The notes beneath the pieces are model-generated. The model saw nothing but the letters and a program-made list of their open reading frames with translations. It had not been told where the DNA came from and did no database searches. From Thainema sp. (GTDB lineage: Bacteria > Cyanobacteriota > Cyanobacteriia > Phormidesmidales > Phormidesmidaceae): a stretch of 64,000 nt of DNA. The stretch lies in NCBI GenBank assembly GCA_052168235.1, contig JBQLZK010000010.1, positions 71,074-135,073 of the forward strand. Direction: 5' to 3'. The position numbers were made by a program, and so were the translations under genes. Shown one piece after another: positions 22,279 through 32,439 of this stretch (its first letter is position 1; each line of letters begins with the position of its first letter).

Positions 22279-22286
22279 GAGTTAAG

Positions 22287-22360
<74 letters not shown>

Positions 22361-22371
22361 TCGGCTTTAAT

Positions 22372-22401
22372 AAGATAACAATAAATCTGCGAAAGTGGCA
22401 A
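22372..22401 (-). promoter_or_regulatory. Putative sigma70-type promoter of tRNA-fMet
   Basis: TTGCCA-N18-TATCTT with a TG extension, about 11 nt upstream of the tRNA. Confidence 0.5.
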
Positions 22402-22580
22402 CCTTATTTTCAAATAAATCGAAAATAACTTGGTTTTAGGGTTTTGAGATGCGATCGCACCTGCTTTGCGCCGACCATGTAACATCCATATCCCTGTAGA
22501 CATCCAACCGATCAATCACTCCAACTCCGATAAAATAGGAGGCTGCACAACAGAAGCAATTTGAGAGGCAATCGGGGGCT

Positions 22581-23534
22581 ATGGCAGAAGCGAGACAGCC
22601 AAAGTTAATCATTCACGGTGGGGCAGGCAGTTCATTGCATAGCAAAGGAGGCGTGGAAGCAGTTCGAAAAGATCTGCACGCTATTGTGCAGTTAATCTAT
22701 CGAGAACTGCAAAACGGGGCTTCTGCGATGGATGCCGTTGTTCAAGGCTGTCGGTTACTGGAAGATAATCCTCGATTTAATGCCGGAACTGGCTCCGTGC
22801 TGCAATCCGATGGGCAAGTGCGGATGAGCGCATCCCTGATGAATGGTGAGCAGCAGCGGTTCAGCGGCGTGATTAACGCCTCGCGGGTCAAAAATCCGAT
22901 TGATCTGGCGCTCTTTCTGCAAGACTGCGACGATCGCATTCTGTCCGATTACGGTGCGGCAGAGTTGCTGCGAGAGCTAAATTTCCCGGTTCACGATCCG
23001 ATTACCGATTTGCGACTCCAGGAATGGATGCAAGAACGACAGCAAGGCTTTAAGCATGAGATGGCTGGCGTCGTTGCAGAACCGGATATGGCTCTGTCGG
23101 AATCGGCTGGACGCGGCACAATTGGCGTCGTGGCAATGGATATGGCAGGCCGGATTGCTGCCGGAACCTCGACAGGAGGGAAAGGTTTTGAGCGAATTGG
23201 TCGAGTTAGCGATTCGGCGATGCCCGCAGGTAACTACGCGACAGCTCACGCTGGCGTCAGTTGCACAGGTATCGGCGAAGACATTGTTAATGAGTGTTTG
23301 GCAGCTCGGATCGTCGTGCGCGTGACCGATGGCTGCTCGCTTCAGGAAGCAATGGAGCGGTCGTTTAAAGAAGCGGCTCAACGTCAGTGCGATCTAGGCG
23401 CGATCGCAATTGATGCTAGTGGTGCGATCGCATGGGGCAAAACCAGCGAAGTGCTACTTGCCGCTTATCATGACGGCAATACAGTTGGCGACTGTCTCGA
23501 ATGGGTAGACGACATGGCCGTCGGCGCGATTTAG
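22581..23534 (+). CDS. Isoaspartyl peptidase / L-asparaginase (Ntn hydrolase)
   Basis: IHGGAG, FNAGTGS, nucleophile GTIG, TSTGG, GRVSDS and SCTGIGE. Confidence 0.92.
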   Translation: MAEARQPKLIIHGGAGSSLHSKGGVEAVRKDLHAIVQLIYRELQNGASAMDAVVQGCRLLEDNPRFNAGTGSVLQSDGQVRMSASLMNGEQQRFSGVINASRVKNPIDLALFLQDCDDRILSDYGAAELLRELNFPVHDPITDLRLQEWMQERQQGFKHEMAGVVAEPDMALSESAGRGTIGVVAMDMAGRIAAGTSTGGKGFERIGRVSDSAMPAGNYATAHAGVSCTGIGEDIVNECLAARIVVRVTDGCSLQEAMERSFKEAAQRQCDLGAIAIDASGAIAWGKTSEVLLAAYHDGNTVGDCLEWVDDMAVGAI

Positions 23535-23623
23535 CGCAATCCAACCGTAATAACCGTACTCTTTCGAGCGACAGCACAGGATACACTGAGAGCTGAAATC
23601 CCCGCTGTACCAGAGTTCGAGTT

Positions 23624-24793
23624 ATGGCTGAAGCGCCCAGTATCCGACAGAGCCGATTCGTCAACCAGCTTGTTATTGACCGCAGCACAACGGAAATTGT
23701 TGGTCGCGTCGAGCAGGTCTGGATGGATCCTGCCGTGCATCGGGTGCTGGGCTTTGTCTGCAAACAAGGGCTGTGGGGTACACGCCGGGACGTATTCGCG
23801 CTGCCTCAAATTCACATGCTGGGCGAAGACAGCATTGTCCTGGCTTCCAGTCCCACTCGTGCTGCCCTCGAACAAGTGCGACAGCTAGAATCGCTGATCA
23901 ATTTGGAAGTTTGGAGCGAAGCGGGTGAGCGCGTTGGTAAAGTTGTAGACTGCGAATTCAACCTGAAAACGGGCAAAGTCATTCGCTATCTGATGACGCT
24001 GGAAGGATTTCACAGCTTTACCAGTGGACTGTACCAGATCTTTCCAACTCAAATCATTAGCTATGGCGATCAGCGAGTTTTAATTTGCAATGCGGCCACC
24101 GACAATCTGGAACTGTTTCAGCCGGGACTGGAACAGCGGCTCATTCACGCCAGTGAACATCTCAGCGAGCACCTCAAGGAAGACTATACTGAGTGGTCTC
24201 AAAAAGCGCGGCAAATGGCAGAACAAGCCAAAGGCCGTCTGCGGGGCTGGACTGAACAGGCGACGCAGCGCGTACGTGAGCTAGCCGAACAAACCAACGA
24301 ATGGACGGAAGACTGGAAAGATATCGTCGAGGTTCCGTCTCGCCGTCCAGGACAGGACGGGTCACAGGATAGGATGTCGTCGAATAGAGCTGAACCAGAC
24401 TTAGAGCCGCTTGATGATAATTGGGACGATTGGGATGAAAATGTGCGATCGCACCCCACTCCACCTATATCTCAATCCGGAGATGTCACTGATACAAGCA
24501 GGACTAATACAAGAACTAATACAAGCAGGGCCGTCAACTATGCCGATGATTATCCTTACGATGTGCCTCCTGCCAATCCATCACCTGATCCATCCTCTAC
24601 CGCTTCACTGTTTGATCATGTGATGGATCACAATCCATCTTTCAACCGCTGGATGGACAATCAAAATGCATCAGTAGGAAAGGATGAAAATGACCAAGTG
24701 ACTGAAGCTGGCCCATCTGGAGGCGCAGAACCGTTGAATTTGAAAGATAAAGCTTCTGAACAAATTGAAGACGATGATGAGCCTTGGATATAA
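23624..24793 (+). CDS. PRC-barrel domain protein with an acidic disordered tail
   Basis: Two PRC-like units (VIDRSTTEIVGRVEQVWMD; EVWSEAGERVGKVVDCEF); C-terminus DDDEPWI. Confidence 0.8.
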   Translation: MAEAPSIRQSRFVNQLVIDRSTTEIVGRVEQVWMDPAVHRVLGFVCKQGLWGTRRDVFALPQIHMLGEDSIVLASSPTRAALEQVRQLESLINLEVWSEAGERVGKVVDCEFNLKTGKVIRYLMTLEGFHSFTSGLYQIFPTQIISYGDQRVLICNAATDNLELFQPGLEQRLIHASEHLSEHLKEDYTEWSQKARQMAEQAKGRLRGWTEQATQRVRELAEQTNEWTEDWKDIVEVPSRRPGQDGSQDRMSSNRAEPDLEPLDDNWDDWDENVRSHPTPPISQSGDVTDTSRTNTRTNTSRAVNYADDYPYDVPPANPSPDPSSTASLFDHVMDHNPSFNRWMDNQNASVGKDENDQVTEAGPSGGAEPLNLKDKASEQIEDDDEPWI

Positions 24794-24855
24794 ACTCGGT
24801 TTGAGCGTTCAAGTCACGGTTGTTGAAATCAGGTATCGCTTACCAAGCTAGTTCT

Positions 24856-25317
24856 ATGAATCATGCCGAGCAAAGCCAGCCGTCTGCTTCTTGCCAGCCA
24901 GAATCACAAACGGCACCAAGTGGAACGGAAGACCGACGAATTGCTATCGTCTGTAGTGCGATCGCGCATGATATTCGGTTGTTGAGCAACTATCTTCGCC
25001 GTTCTGGCTACCAGGTTGAACTCTTCCACGCCACGTCGAACCTGATTCAAGTGGTGAAGGCGTTTCGTCCTCACGCTATTTTGTTCGATTTAGAAGAACC
25101 CCGAGTCCAGGGATATGAATGTCTTCAGCGCCTACACGAAGAGTTGGGATGGCAACGTCCTCCATTAATCGTTTTGTCTTCACTAGCGTTTCAGGCTGAT
25201 TTACAGCAGGCCATTGATCTGGGTGCTAACCGATATCTGATCAAACCTATCGAAGCTCCGTTACTGCTGACGATTTTGAAAGAAGAAACTGAAATTGGCT
25301 CGCATCTTCTCCACTAA
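24856..25317 (+). CDS. Single-domain response regulator (atypical receiver)
   Basis: ILFDL Asp, LSS, GANRYLIKP; lacks the acidic pair after beta-1; ORF track start 24820, ATG at 24856. Confidence 0.75.
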   Translation: MNHAEQSQPSASCQPESQTAPSGTEDRRIAIVCSAIAHDIRLLSNYLRRSGYQVELFHATSNLIQVVKAFRPHAILFDLEEPRVQGYECLQRLHEELGWQRPPLIVLSSLAFQADLQQAIDLGANRYLIKPIEAPLLLTILKEETEIGSHLLH

Positions 25318-25429
25318 ATTCTCCGTTGATCTTCATTGGTGGAGAAGAGGGCTCCTAAAATTCAAGCTCTGGAATTGCTCACCATGTAGCAGTTCCAGAG
25401 CTTAAAATTGTTTCAAATTACTCGCGCTG

Positions 25430-25699
25430 CTACGAGGATGGGTGCAGATTGCTGCCCTCAATAAACTCTTCAATCTTTAGGCTAAGCAGCTTAACCGAAT
25501 TACCAATCTGGTTAATGCTGCTTTTCATCCCTAACACGCTAGATTTCAGCCCCTCTCCCGCAGCAGATGAATGACCACAACCAGCGGTTTGACCACCAAT
25601 ATCTTCAGCTAGTAGCTGTAAGACCTGTAGCTGGCTCAGCGTCTCGCTCATAGCAGAACGGTAGTTTGCCTCTAATTCTTGCAAATTCATTACTGTCAC
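25430..25699 (-). CDS. Hypothetical small helical protein
   Basis: 89-aa ORF with amphipathic, coiled-coil-like patterning; converges on a hairpin at about 25363-25404. Confidence 0.6.
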   Translation of the reverse strand: MTVMNLQELEANYRSAMSETLSQLQVLQLLAEDIGGQTAGCGHSSAAGEGLKSSVLGMKSSINQIGNSVKLLSLKIEEFIEGSNLHPSS

Positions 25700-25711
25700 C
25701 TACTTTAGGGT

Positions 25712-25906
25712 TCAAACAGCCGCTTCAAACTTTGAATCAGAGAAATCTTCAATTAAGCAACCGCGAGTTGCCGGATCATGACATTCATTCGTTGCTTTCA
25801 AACCGGATGCATCAGTTCTAAACGATAAACCGACGACTGCTGACTGAACGAGCAGGACTCCAGCGAGGACTGGAAGAACAAATGAAACGGTAGATTTCTG
25901 CACCAT
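25712..25906 (-). CDS. Small exported peptide/protein (hypothetical)
   Basis: 64 aa with a hydrophobic signal-like N-terminus and a CHDPATRGC cysteine pair; 12 nt upstream of the next gene. Confidence 0.5.
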   Translation of the reverse strand: MVQKSTVSFVLPVLAGVLLVQSAVVGLSFRTDASGLKATNECHDPATRGCLIEDFSDSKFEAAV

Positions 25907-26402
25907 GTCTCTTACTGCCTGTGTGTAACGTTCGCGAGTTCTGAACCTATACTGAATGTCGTTCTTTTGCCCCTTAAATGGAAACCGTGGATATGCCCAT
26001 CTTTCTCTGACAAAACATTAAGCAAGATTCACAATTGCGTAAATTCAAGATAGTTAGAATTGCGGAATTGGTCGTGAGAGACGGCTTATGATGCGGCTTA
26101 GAAGCTCCTAAAGATTGGCAAATCAATAAAAATGAGGTTCCGTACAAGCACTGATAACTTAGCTTGCTTAGCCTAAAATTTCAGCTTGATCTGCTTTGAT
26201 TAAAACTGTTTGTGATAATCGAATTTATTCTTAGAAATTTGAATAAAAAGTTTGTAAGATGATGAAAATTTTATAGGAATAAGCAAACCGTAGCATCAAG
26301 CTATCATTTGAAAACAAAGTTATGCTTGTCTACTCAAAAAATATGAAGGGAAGATAGGCAACTATCTCCCCTTCCATATTAAATCTGCTGCTTTTTACGG
26401 CT

Positions 26403-26978
26403 CTAGCAACAGGTAATCACAGATTGTTTCAGAGAAGGCTCTGAATGGTTTTTGGCAACTTGAGGCTGGGTGATAAAGAATTCTGCTTTGACAGGACCAA
26501 ACTCTAGGAGATCGCCATCTTTAATTCGTCGGCGTTCTAGCTGAGGTAAACGACGGCGATTGAGCCGAGTACCGTTGCTGCTGCCCATATCCATCACATA
26601 AAATGTTTCACCCTGCACATGTCCAATAATGGCGTGGCAGCGGGAAACTGCTCCATGCGGAACTGCGATCGCACAGGAGGAGCTGCGTCCGATCAACCAG
26701 TTGGCAGCAGCAGTACTAACTTTCGGGTCTGACTGGTGAGTATATAAATTGGTGATGAGAAAAGTTGTTTGTCCCGTTGTAACGGCCTGAATATAGTGTG
26801 GCGTAAGTTGACAGCGGGACTCGACCTGATGAAGAGGTTCAAGCATAGTCTTCATAGTGTCGAGATTGCGATCGCAATCCTCGAAGAGCGAATTTGACAA
26901 AGCTGGATAGCGCTGAAGAAACGCTCCAAAACTCAGGCTTTGCGGATTAAGCAAATAGGAGCAATCGTTGTCAGTCAT
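26403..26978 (-). CDS. FHA domain-containing protein
   Basis: WLIGR, VSRCHA, MDMGSSNGT and IKDGDLLEFG FHA motifs; ATG 26978 preferred over the ORF-track start at 27032. Confidence 0.9.
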   Translation of the reverse strand: MTDNDCSYLLNPQSLSFGAFLQRYPALSNSLFEDCDRNLDTMKTMLEPLHQVESRCQLTPHYIQAVTTGQTTFLITNLYTHQSDPKVSTAAANWLIGRSSSCAIAVPHGAVSRCHAIIGHVQGETFYVMDMGSSNGTRLNRRRLPQLERRRIKDGDLLEFGPVKAEFFITQPQVAKNHSEPSLKQSVITCC

Positions 26979-28339
26979 AGTCTTGTATTCTAAACTTCCC
27001 AGCACGATGACGAGGGAAATGCAAGCGGCCAAGCTAAGCGAGCGGAGATTGAACTCGCAATCAGGACTCAGTCAATCTTGGGTCACTTCCTGTGCACAAA
27101 TCAGGAACATGTTGTTTTTGCTAGACCTAGCATGCCCAAACAATCTGTAACCCTAACTTGAAAGCTGTATCTAGTTCATTGAGAGCTAATGTGTTGAGAG
27201 TGATGAGTAACGCAAGTTAAAAGAGGTTGCTCACTAGGTGAATGAACTCAACCCGGAAACTTTGCTTTCAACGAAGTCTGCCAGTACAAGCCACCTATCC
27301 CAGAACTGAAGAAGTGCTTTGGAAAAGCGCTCCCGCTGAAGGCGATGGGTTGAACTGTGCAAGTCCTATTAATACTGCTTTCAAGTCCTTTGAACTCAAC
27401 TTATGCCGACTGAAACATTCCCGAAACACCCCGAAATCAATAAACCTCTTGCTTCGCCATGACTAGATTTCAACTAAAATCCGTTGGCACACCAGCTTGA
27501 TTTGTAAGTGATTGCAACTGGATTAGATTTCACGAAGATGATCTATTTCCTTTTGCACCCAATCAAATAATTTTTCCTGTATTCAACCAACAATAACGGC
27601 AAATAGGCAAGAGATTCAATTCAAAACCAATCATCAAAAGATACGAAAAACGTTCAGCATGGTGAGAAGACTGAGCGCAGACTGAATCGCTTACGCTTGC
27701 AAAGCACAGATCCCAAATAAGGGCTTTATTGTCCCATTTCAGCGGCAAACCCTCTATTTGAGTGTGTTGTAAACATAAGAGCAGACATAGACGACGAAAT
27801 ATAGACGAACGCTATATGCACTGGAACTCCCCTTGGGGAACGCTGCGTGACTTAGCGACGATTAAACCCTAGTTTGTCTAGAAGCGGCAATTCGGTTTGC
27901 TTAGAATTTTATCTAAACTTTAAGGATTGCTCGATTTTCTGCTTCTGTATAAAGTTTCACTAAATCTCTGATAAAGCTCATGAATTGAGCGTTTGGCGAT
28001 ATTGCTTTCAGTTACTTCAGCCCAATTCGGTTTCTGCGATCGCAATTCTACGGGTTTCTACGGATATCCTTAACGAACAGCCAGGGGTACGTACGAGGCC
28101 AGCCAGTAGTGAATTTGCTGACCAGCTTACCGAATTCACTAGATGAGTGGGTAGTCCGCAAAATCATTACCCAGATACCACTACCGATGAGTGAGTAAAT
28201 TTCACGATTTTTATCAACTTTAGAATGTCGGTTTCCGAATTGTGTCGTAGCCGCTATAACGGAAATGCTTCGATCCTGCATCTTGTCTAGCATCTTCAGC
28301 GGATTGGGCACGTTCTTTCCAGTTATTTAATGAAGAGAG

Positions 28340-29812
28340 TTGGCTATGCGTGATGTGTTGACCCAAGCCCAGCCGCCGATGGAGTTTATTTCGCCTGATT
28401 TTACGCCTTGGGTATTCAACATTGCTAAAGCTGCCTTGCCGCTGTGGATGAAGCTGCGTACGGATCTAGTTGATATTCAAGCCGACAATGTTGAGACGCT
28501 GGCAGAACTCTATCAGCAGTTTCAAGCCCAAAAAATTCGGTTTTTGATTGCCTTTCGTCATCCCAAACCCGAAGATTCATATGCGATCGCACATCTGCTG
28601 TGGTCATTAGTGCCTCAAGCTGCCCGTCAACACAATATCCCGCTACAGTCTTCTACTCACGCTCACTTTCTATACGATCGCGGTATTCCTCTATGGGCCG
28701 GTGAATTTGTCGGCTGGATTTATCAAAAGCTAGGCGGTATTCCCATTCAGCGGGGAAAAGTTGATCGAGCTGGACTGCGCTCGGCGCGAGATTTATTTGC
28801 GAATGGCCAATTTCCGATGGCAGCATCCCCCGAGGGCGGCAATAACGGCCATAGCGGCATCGTTAGTCCTCTGGAGCCCGGAGTGGCCCAGATGGGATTT
28901 TGGTGCGTTGAAGATTTGCACAAACAAAGTCGGCCCGAATCGGTTTTGATTCTGCCCTTAAGCCTGCAATATCACTACCTCACACCGCCTTGGGATGCAA
29001 TTGAAGCCTTATTGAATCAACTGGAGCGCGATAGTGGACTAGCACAACCTAGTCGCAGTGCGGTTACTTTACCGAATCATACTCAGCCTGACCAGATTTC
29101 TCCAAGCCGTCTACAAGATTTGTACCAGCGGCTGTTTGGATTGGGCGAACATTTGCTTAGCATTATGCAGCAGTTTTATGCGGATTATTATCCAGAGTCT
29201 GCTGCACTGTCAGCCAGTTCTTCGTCTGCCAGTCGTTCAGCAGATGCGACTGAATCGGCTGGGGCCACAGCCACTGCTGCGAATTTGCCCAACGCTCAGC
29301 TGGCTGAAACGCTGAACAATCTTTTGAATGTGGCTTTACACGTTGCAGAACATTACTTTCAGCTCACGCCGAAAGGTAGCATGATTGACCGCTGTCGTCG
29401 GTTGGAACAAGCGGGATGGGAGCGTATTTATCGTGACGACTTAAAAACCATCGATCAGCTATCGCCCGTACAAAAAGGACTTGCGGATCGGGTAGCAGAA
29501 GAGGCAAGCTTACGCATGTGGCACATGCGGATTGTAGAAACATTTGTTGCCGTGACGGGTGAATATGTCAAAGAGCAGCCCAGCGCAGATCGATTTGCGG
29601 AAACCCTGATGCTGTTGCGGGATATGGTAGTGCAAATTAAGGGGGAAAAAGCCTTCCCGCGCCCTTCCCTCGGTGCGCAGCAGGTCAAGATGCGGGTGGG
29701 AACACCACTCTCAGTTTCTGATCGCTGGCCGACCTATCGCCAGAGCCGTCGTCAAGCAATTGAACAACTCACGCAGGATTTACAAGCTGCTCTGGAAGAG
29801 CTGTTAATTTGA
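28340..29812 (+). CDS. Phospholipid/glycerol acyltransferase (PlsC-like) family protein
   Basis: HxxxxD (RHPKPED), GGIPIQRG and SPEGG blocks. Confidence 0.85.
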   Translation: MAMRDVLTQAQPPMEFISPDFTPWVFNIAKAALPLWMKLRTDLVDIQADNVETLAELYQQFQAQKIRFLIAFRHPKPEDSYAIAHLLWSLVPQAARQHNIPLQSSTHAHFLYDRGIPLWAGEFVGWIYQKLGGIPIQRGKVDRAGLRSARDLFANGQFPMAASPEGGNNGHSGIVSPLEPGVAQMGFWCVEDLHKQSRPESVLILPLSLQYHYLTPPWDAIEALLNQLERDSGLAQPSRSAVTLPNHTQPDQISPSRLQDLYQRLFGLGEHLLSIMQQFYADYYPESAALSASSSSASRSADATESAGATATAANLPNAQLAETLNNLLNVALHVAEHYFQLTPKGSMIDRCRRLEQAGWERIYRDDLKTIDQLSPVQKGLADRVAEEASLRMWHMRIVETFVAVTGEYVKEQPSADRFAETLMLLRDMVVQIKGEKAFPRPSLGAQQVKMRVGTPLSVSDRWPTYRQSRRQAIEQLTQDLQAALEELLI

Positions 29813-29888
29813 TGAATGCATAATAATACCCAATACCCAAAATTCAAACCTAAAATTTTGGGTCAATTATGGGTTAGCGAAGAAGCCC

Positions 29889-30263
29889 TCAATTGGGGCA
29901 CTTGAGCAAAATTGCATTGGAATATTCAGCCTGAAGTTCTTTTTGCCGTTCTGGATTAGGCCGTCCGTAGGTGGATAGGGTTTGAATGTCGGCGGGAGTG
30001 GGTATAGGCGCGATCGCAGTTTGTCCCAAATCGCTAAAGACAATCACCGATTCAATTTGGAGCTGCTGCTGTTGCTGCCGCTGATAGAGCTGGGCGTAGT
30101 CTTGGGCAACAGTTTGCCACTGGGCTGGTTTGCAATAGCTTTGATCAATCAGCACTGTAGCAGTCGGCACCGCTAGCAGACGACTCAGTAACAGCCCTAC
30201 GATGAGGAATGCTAACCAGCCGCCACCGACAATGCGTATTAAATCTCGATTTAGGTTTTGCAT
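29889..30263 (-). CDS. Membrane-anchored hypothetical protein with a vWA-like DxSxC motif
   Basis: N-terminal TM helix followed by VLIDQSYC...VIVFSD...LSTYG. Confidence 0.65.
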   Translation of the reverse strand: MQNLNRDLIRIVGGGWLAFLIVGLLLSRLLAVPTATVLIDQSYCKPAQWQTVAQDYAQLYQRQQQQQLQIESVIVFSDLGQTAIAPIPTPADIQTLSTYGRPNPERQKELQAEYSNAILLKCPN

Positions 30264-30712
30264 AGTGATTTAGCGTCGCCAAATAATCAACTTGGCACTA
30301 TCGTTATCTATGCTAGCTTTCTGCCGCCTTTGAAGCGGGCAAATGTGTAAAATATCACAAACATCCAGACGGACTCTACTGGAATCTGGCTCTAAAGTGC
30401 CAAAATGAACCTTTATAAGAACCTTTATGAAAGCCTTATGCAGAAGAGCTTTTAGCAACCTTCAACATTTGGTTTGCAGTTGGCAGCTTGGTTAGCACTG
30501 GCACATACAAAGCGAAGATTGGTAGAGACAGTTTACCGCCAGATCACAGCGGCAAGCTGTCCCTGTTGATTTTGGGGTGAGATGTAAATACCCATCTTTA
30601 CAAAGAAAATAAAGAAAACATAAGGGAATACTAAATTTAACCGCACTCTCATCATGGGCAATTTGCATTCCATTCCTGTGTTTAGCCCTGGAGCTTGTTT
30701 CGTCTCTAGATT

Positions 30713-32233
30713 ATGCTTGACCTGCACTTACAACAACTTCGAGACTACTGCAAAGACGAGGCTGCATTCGAGCAACTACAGCAGCTTCTAGCCGCATATC
30801 CTAGCTTTTGCTTTGAGCAAAAAGCGGTCTTTCGCATCGTATCTAAAATTCGTCAGTCACTAGATTTAGAGACCATTTTCGCCACGACAACCACTGAAGT
30901 TCGTCAGCTTTTGGGGGCTGATCGGGTGACAGTTTTTAAGTTTGCTACAGATGCTGGCGGGACGGATGGCCAGTTTGTTTCAGAGGCGGTTGCCCCTGAC
31001 TATCCATCTGCGATCGCAACGACCGTGCGGGACAATTGTTTTGGTGAACAGTTTGTTGCGGCCTATCGCACCGGACAAATCCAGGCGATCAGCGATATCT
31101 ATACACACGACCTGAGCCCTTGCCATCTCGATTTGCTGGCTCAGCTTCAGGTCAAAGCGAACCTTGTCGTCCCGCTCCTACAGGGAGCGAATCTTTGGGG
31201 ACTGCTGTGTATTCATCAGTGTGATAGTCCGCGCCAGTGGCAGCCACCTGAAACTGAACTGGTGCAACAAATTGCCGATCAGCTCAGTGTAGCGATCTAT
31301 CATGCGGAACTGCTGAAAATTACGCAGACAAAAACCGATCAGCTGACTCAAGCGCTCAAAGATTTACAACAAACCCAAACGCAACTGATTCAAACAGAGA
31401 AGATGTCGAGTTTGGGGCAGCTTGTGGCGGGTGTGGCCCATGAAATTAATAACCCTGTGAACTTCATTTACGGCAATTTGAACCATGTAGGCCACTACTG
31501 CCAGGATTTACTATCACTAGTGGACTTTTATCAGCAGAAGTATCCCCATCCTGATGAGGACATTCAAGCTTTCCTCCAGGAAATTGATCTGGACTTCTTG
31601 CAGGAAGACTTGCCCAAAGTTTTGCAGTCTATGGCGCTAGGGACGGAACGGATTCGGCAGATAGTGCTATCGCTGCGGAACTTTTCTCGGCTGGACGAGG
31701 CTGAGATGAAGCCTGTCGATTTACATGAAGGGCTAGAAAACACGCTGTTGATTTTGCAACATCGCCTCCAGGCTGACAGCAAAAATAAGCTCGCTGCAGT
31801 AGAAATTGTGCGCAACTACAGCGAGCTACCGCTGGTGGACTGCTATGCCAGCCAGCTCAACCAGGTGTTTATGAATTTGCTGAGTAATTCGCTGGATGCG
31901 TTACTACTACAGCGGCAGCAGCGAAATGCTGAAACCAATGCCTGGATTGAGATTTGCACGACTACTTGGCCATCTGTCAAAGCACCGCAAACGGCGATTA
32001 TTCAAATTAAAGACAATGGTTCTGGCATTGCACCGCAGGTCAAGGAGCGTTTATTCGAACCCTTTTTTACGACCAAACCCGTTGGCTCGGGCACGGGGTT
32101 AGGATTAGCGATTAGTCACCAAATCGTCGTTGAGCGGCATGGCGGCAGGTTGTCTTGTCGGTCACGACCGGGGCAGGGAACTGAGTTCGAGATTGAAATT
32201 CCGGTGCGGCAACATCAGTCAGAATCACTTTGA
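30713..32233 (+). CDS. DXCF-type cyanobacteriochrome GAF sensor histidine kinase
   Basis: GAF domain with DNCF and PCH motifs; HisKA AHEINNP; HATPase NLLSN, DNGSG and FFTTKPVGSGTGLGL. Confidence 0.9.
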   Translation: MLDLHLQQLRDYCKDEAAFEQLQQLLAAYPSFCFEQKAVFRIVSKIRQSLDLETIFATTTTEVRQLLGADRVTVFKFATDAGGTDGQFVSEAVAPDYPSAIATTVRDNCFGEQFVAAYRTGQIQAISDIYTHDLSPCHLDLLAQLQVKANLVVPLLQGANLWGLLCIHQCDSPRQWQPPETELVQQIADQLSVAIYHAELLKITQTKTDQLTQALKDLQQTQTQLIQTEKMSSLGQLVAGVAHEINNPVNFIYGNLNHVGHYCQDLLSLVDFYQQKYPHPDEDIQAFLQEIDLDFLQEDLPKVLQSMALGTERIRQIVLSLRNFSRLDEAEMKPVDLHEGLENTLLILQHRLQADSKNKLAAVEIVRNYSELPLVDCYASQLNQVFMNLLSNSLDALLLQRQQRNAETNAWIEICTTTWPSVKAPQTAIIQIKDNGSGIAPQVKERLFEPFFTTKPVGSGTGLGLAISHQIVVERHGGRLSCRSRPGQGTEFEIEIPVRQHQSESL

Positions 32234-32439
32234 GCGCAATTTTGCCAGGGGCTGTCATCATCTATGAAAATACCTTTGTATGAGGATTCCAGCCCCTAGC
32301 CTATTTATTGGGGACGGGCGCGGTCAGGCTGATTCCTTAAGGTTTCTAACTCTAATTGATGACGCGCCCTAGGAAAAAGGGAATACTAGCTAGCGGGTTT
32401 GATGTCGCACTTTAAAAACCGTATCTCTAAGCATCCTCC

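Noticed and set aside
25712..25906. patX/patS assignment
   Set aside because: The RG(S/T)GR motif is absent
30407..30440. PHO-box-like direct repeats (AACCTTTAT)
   Set aside because: The period is 12 nt rather than 11 and the match to the cyanobacterial PHO consensus is poor
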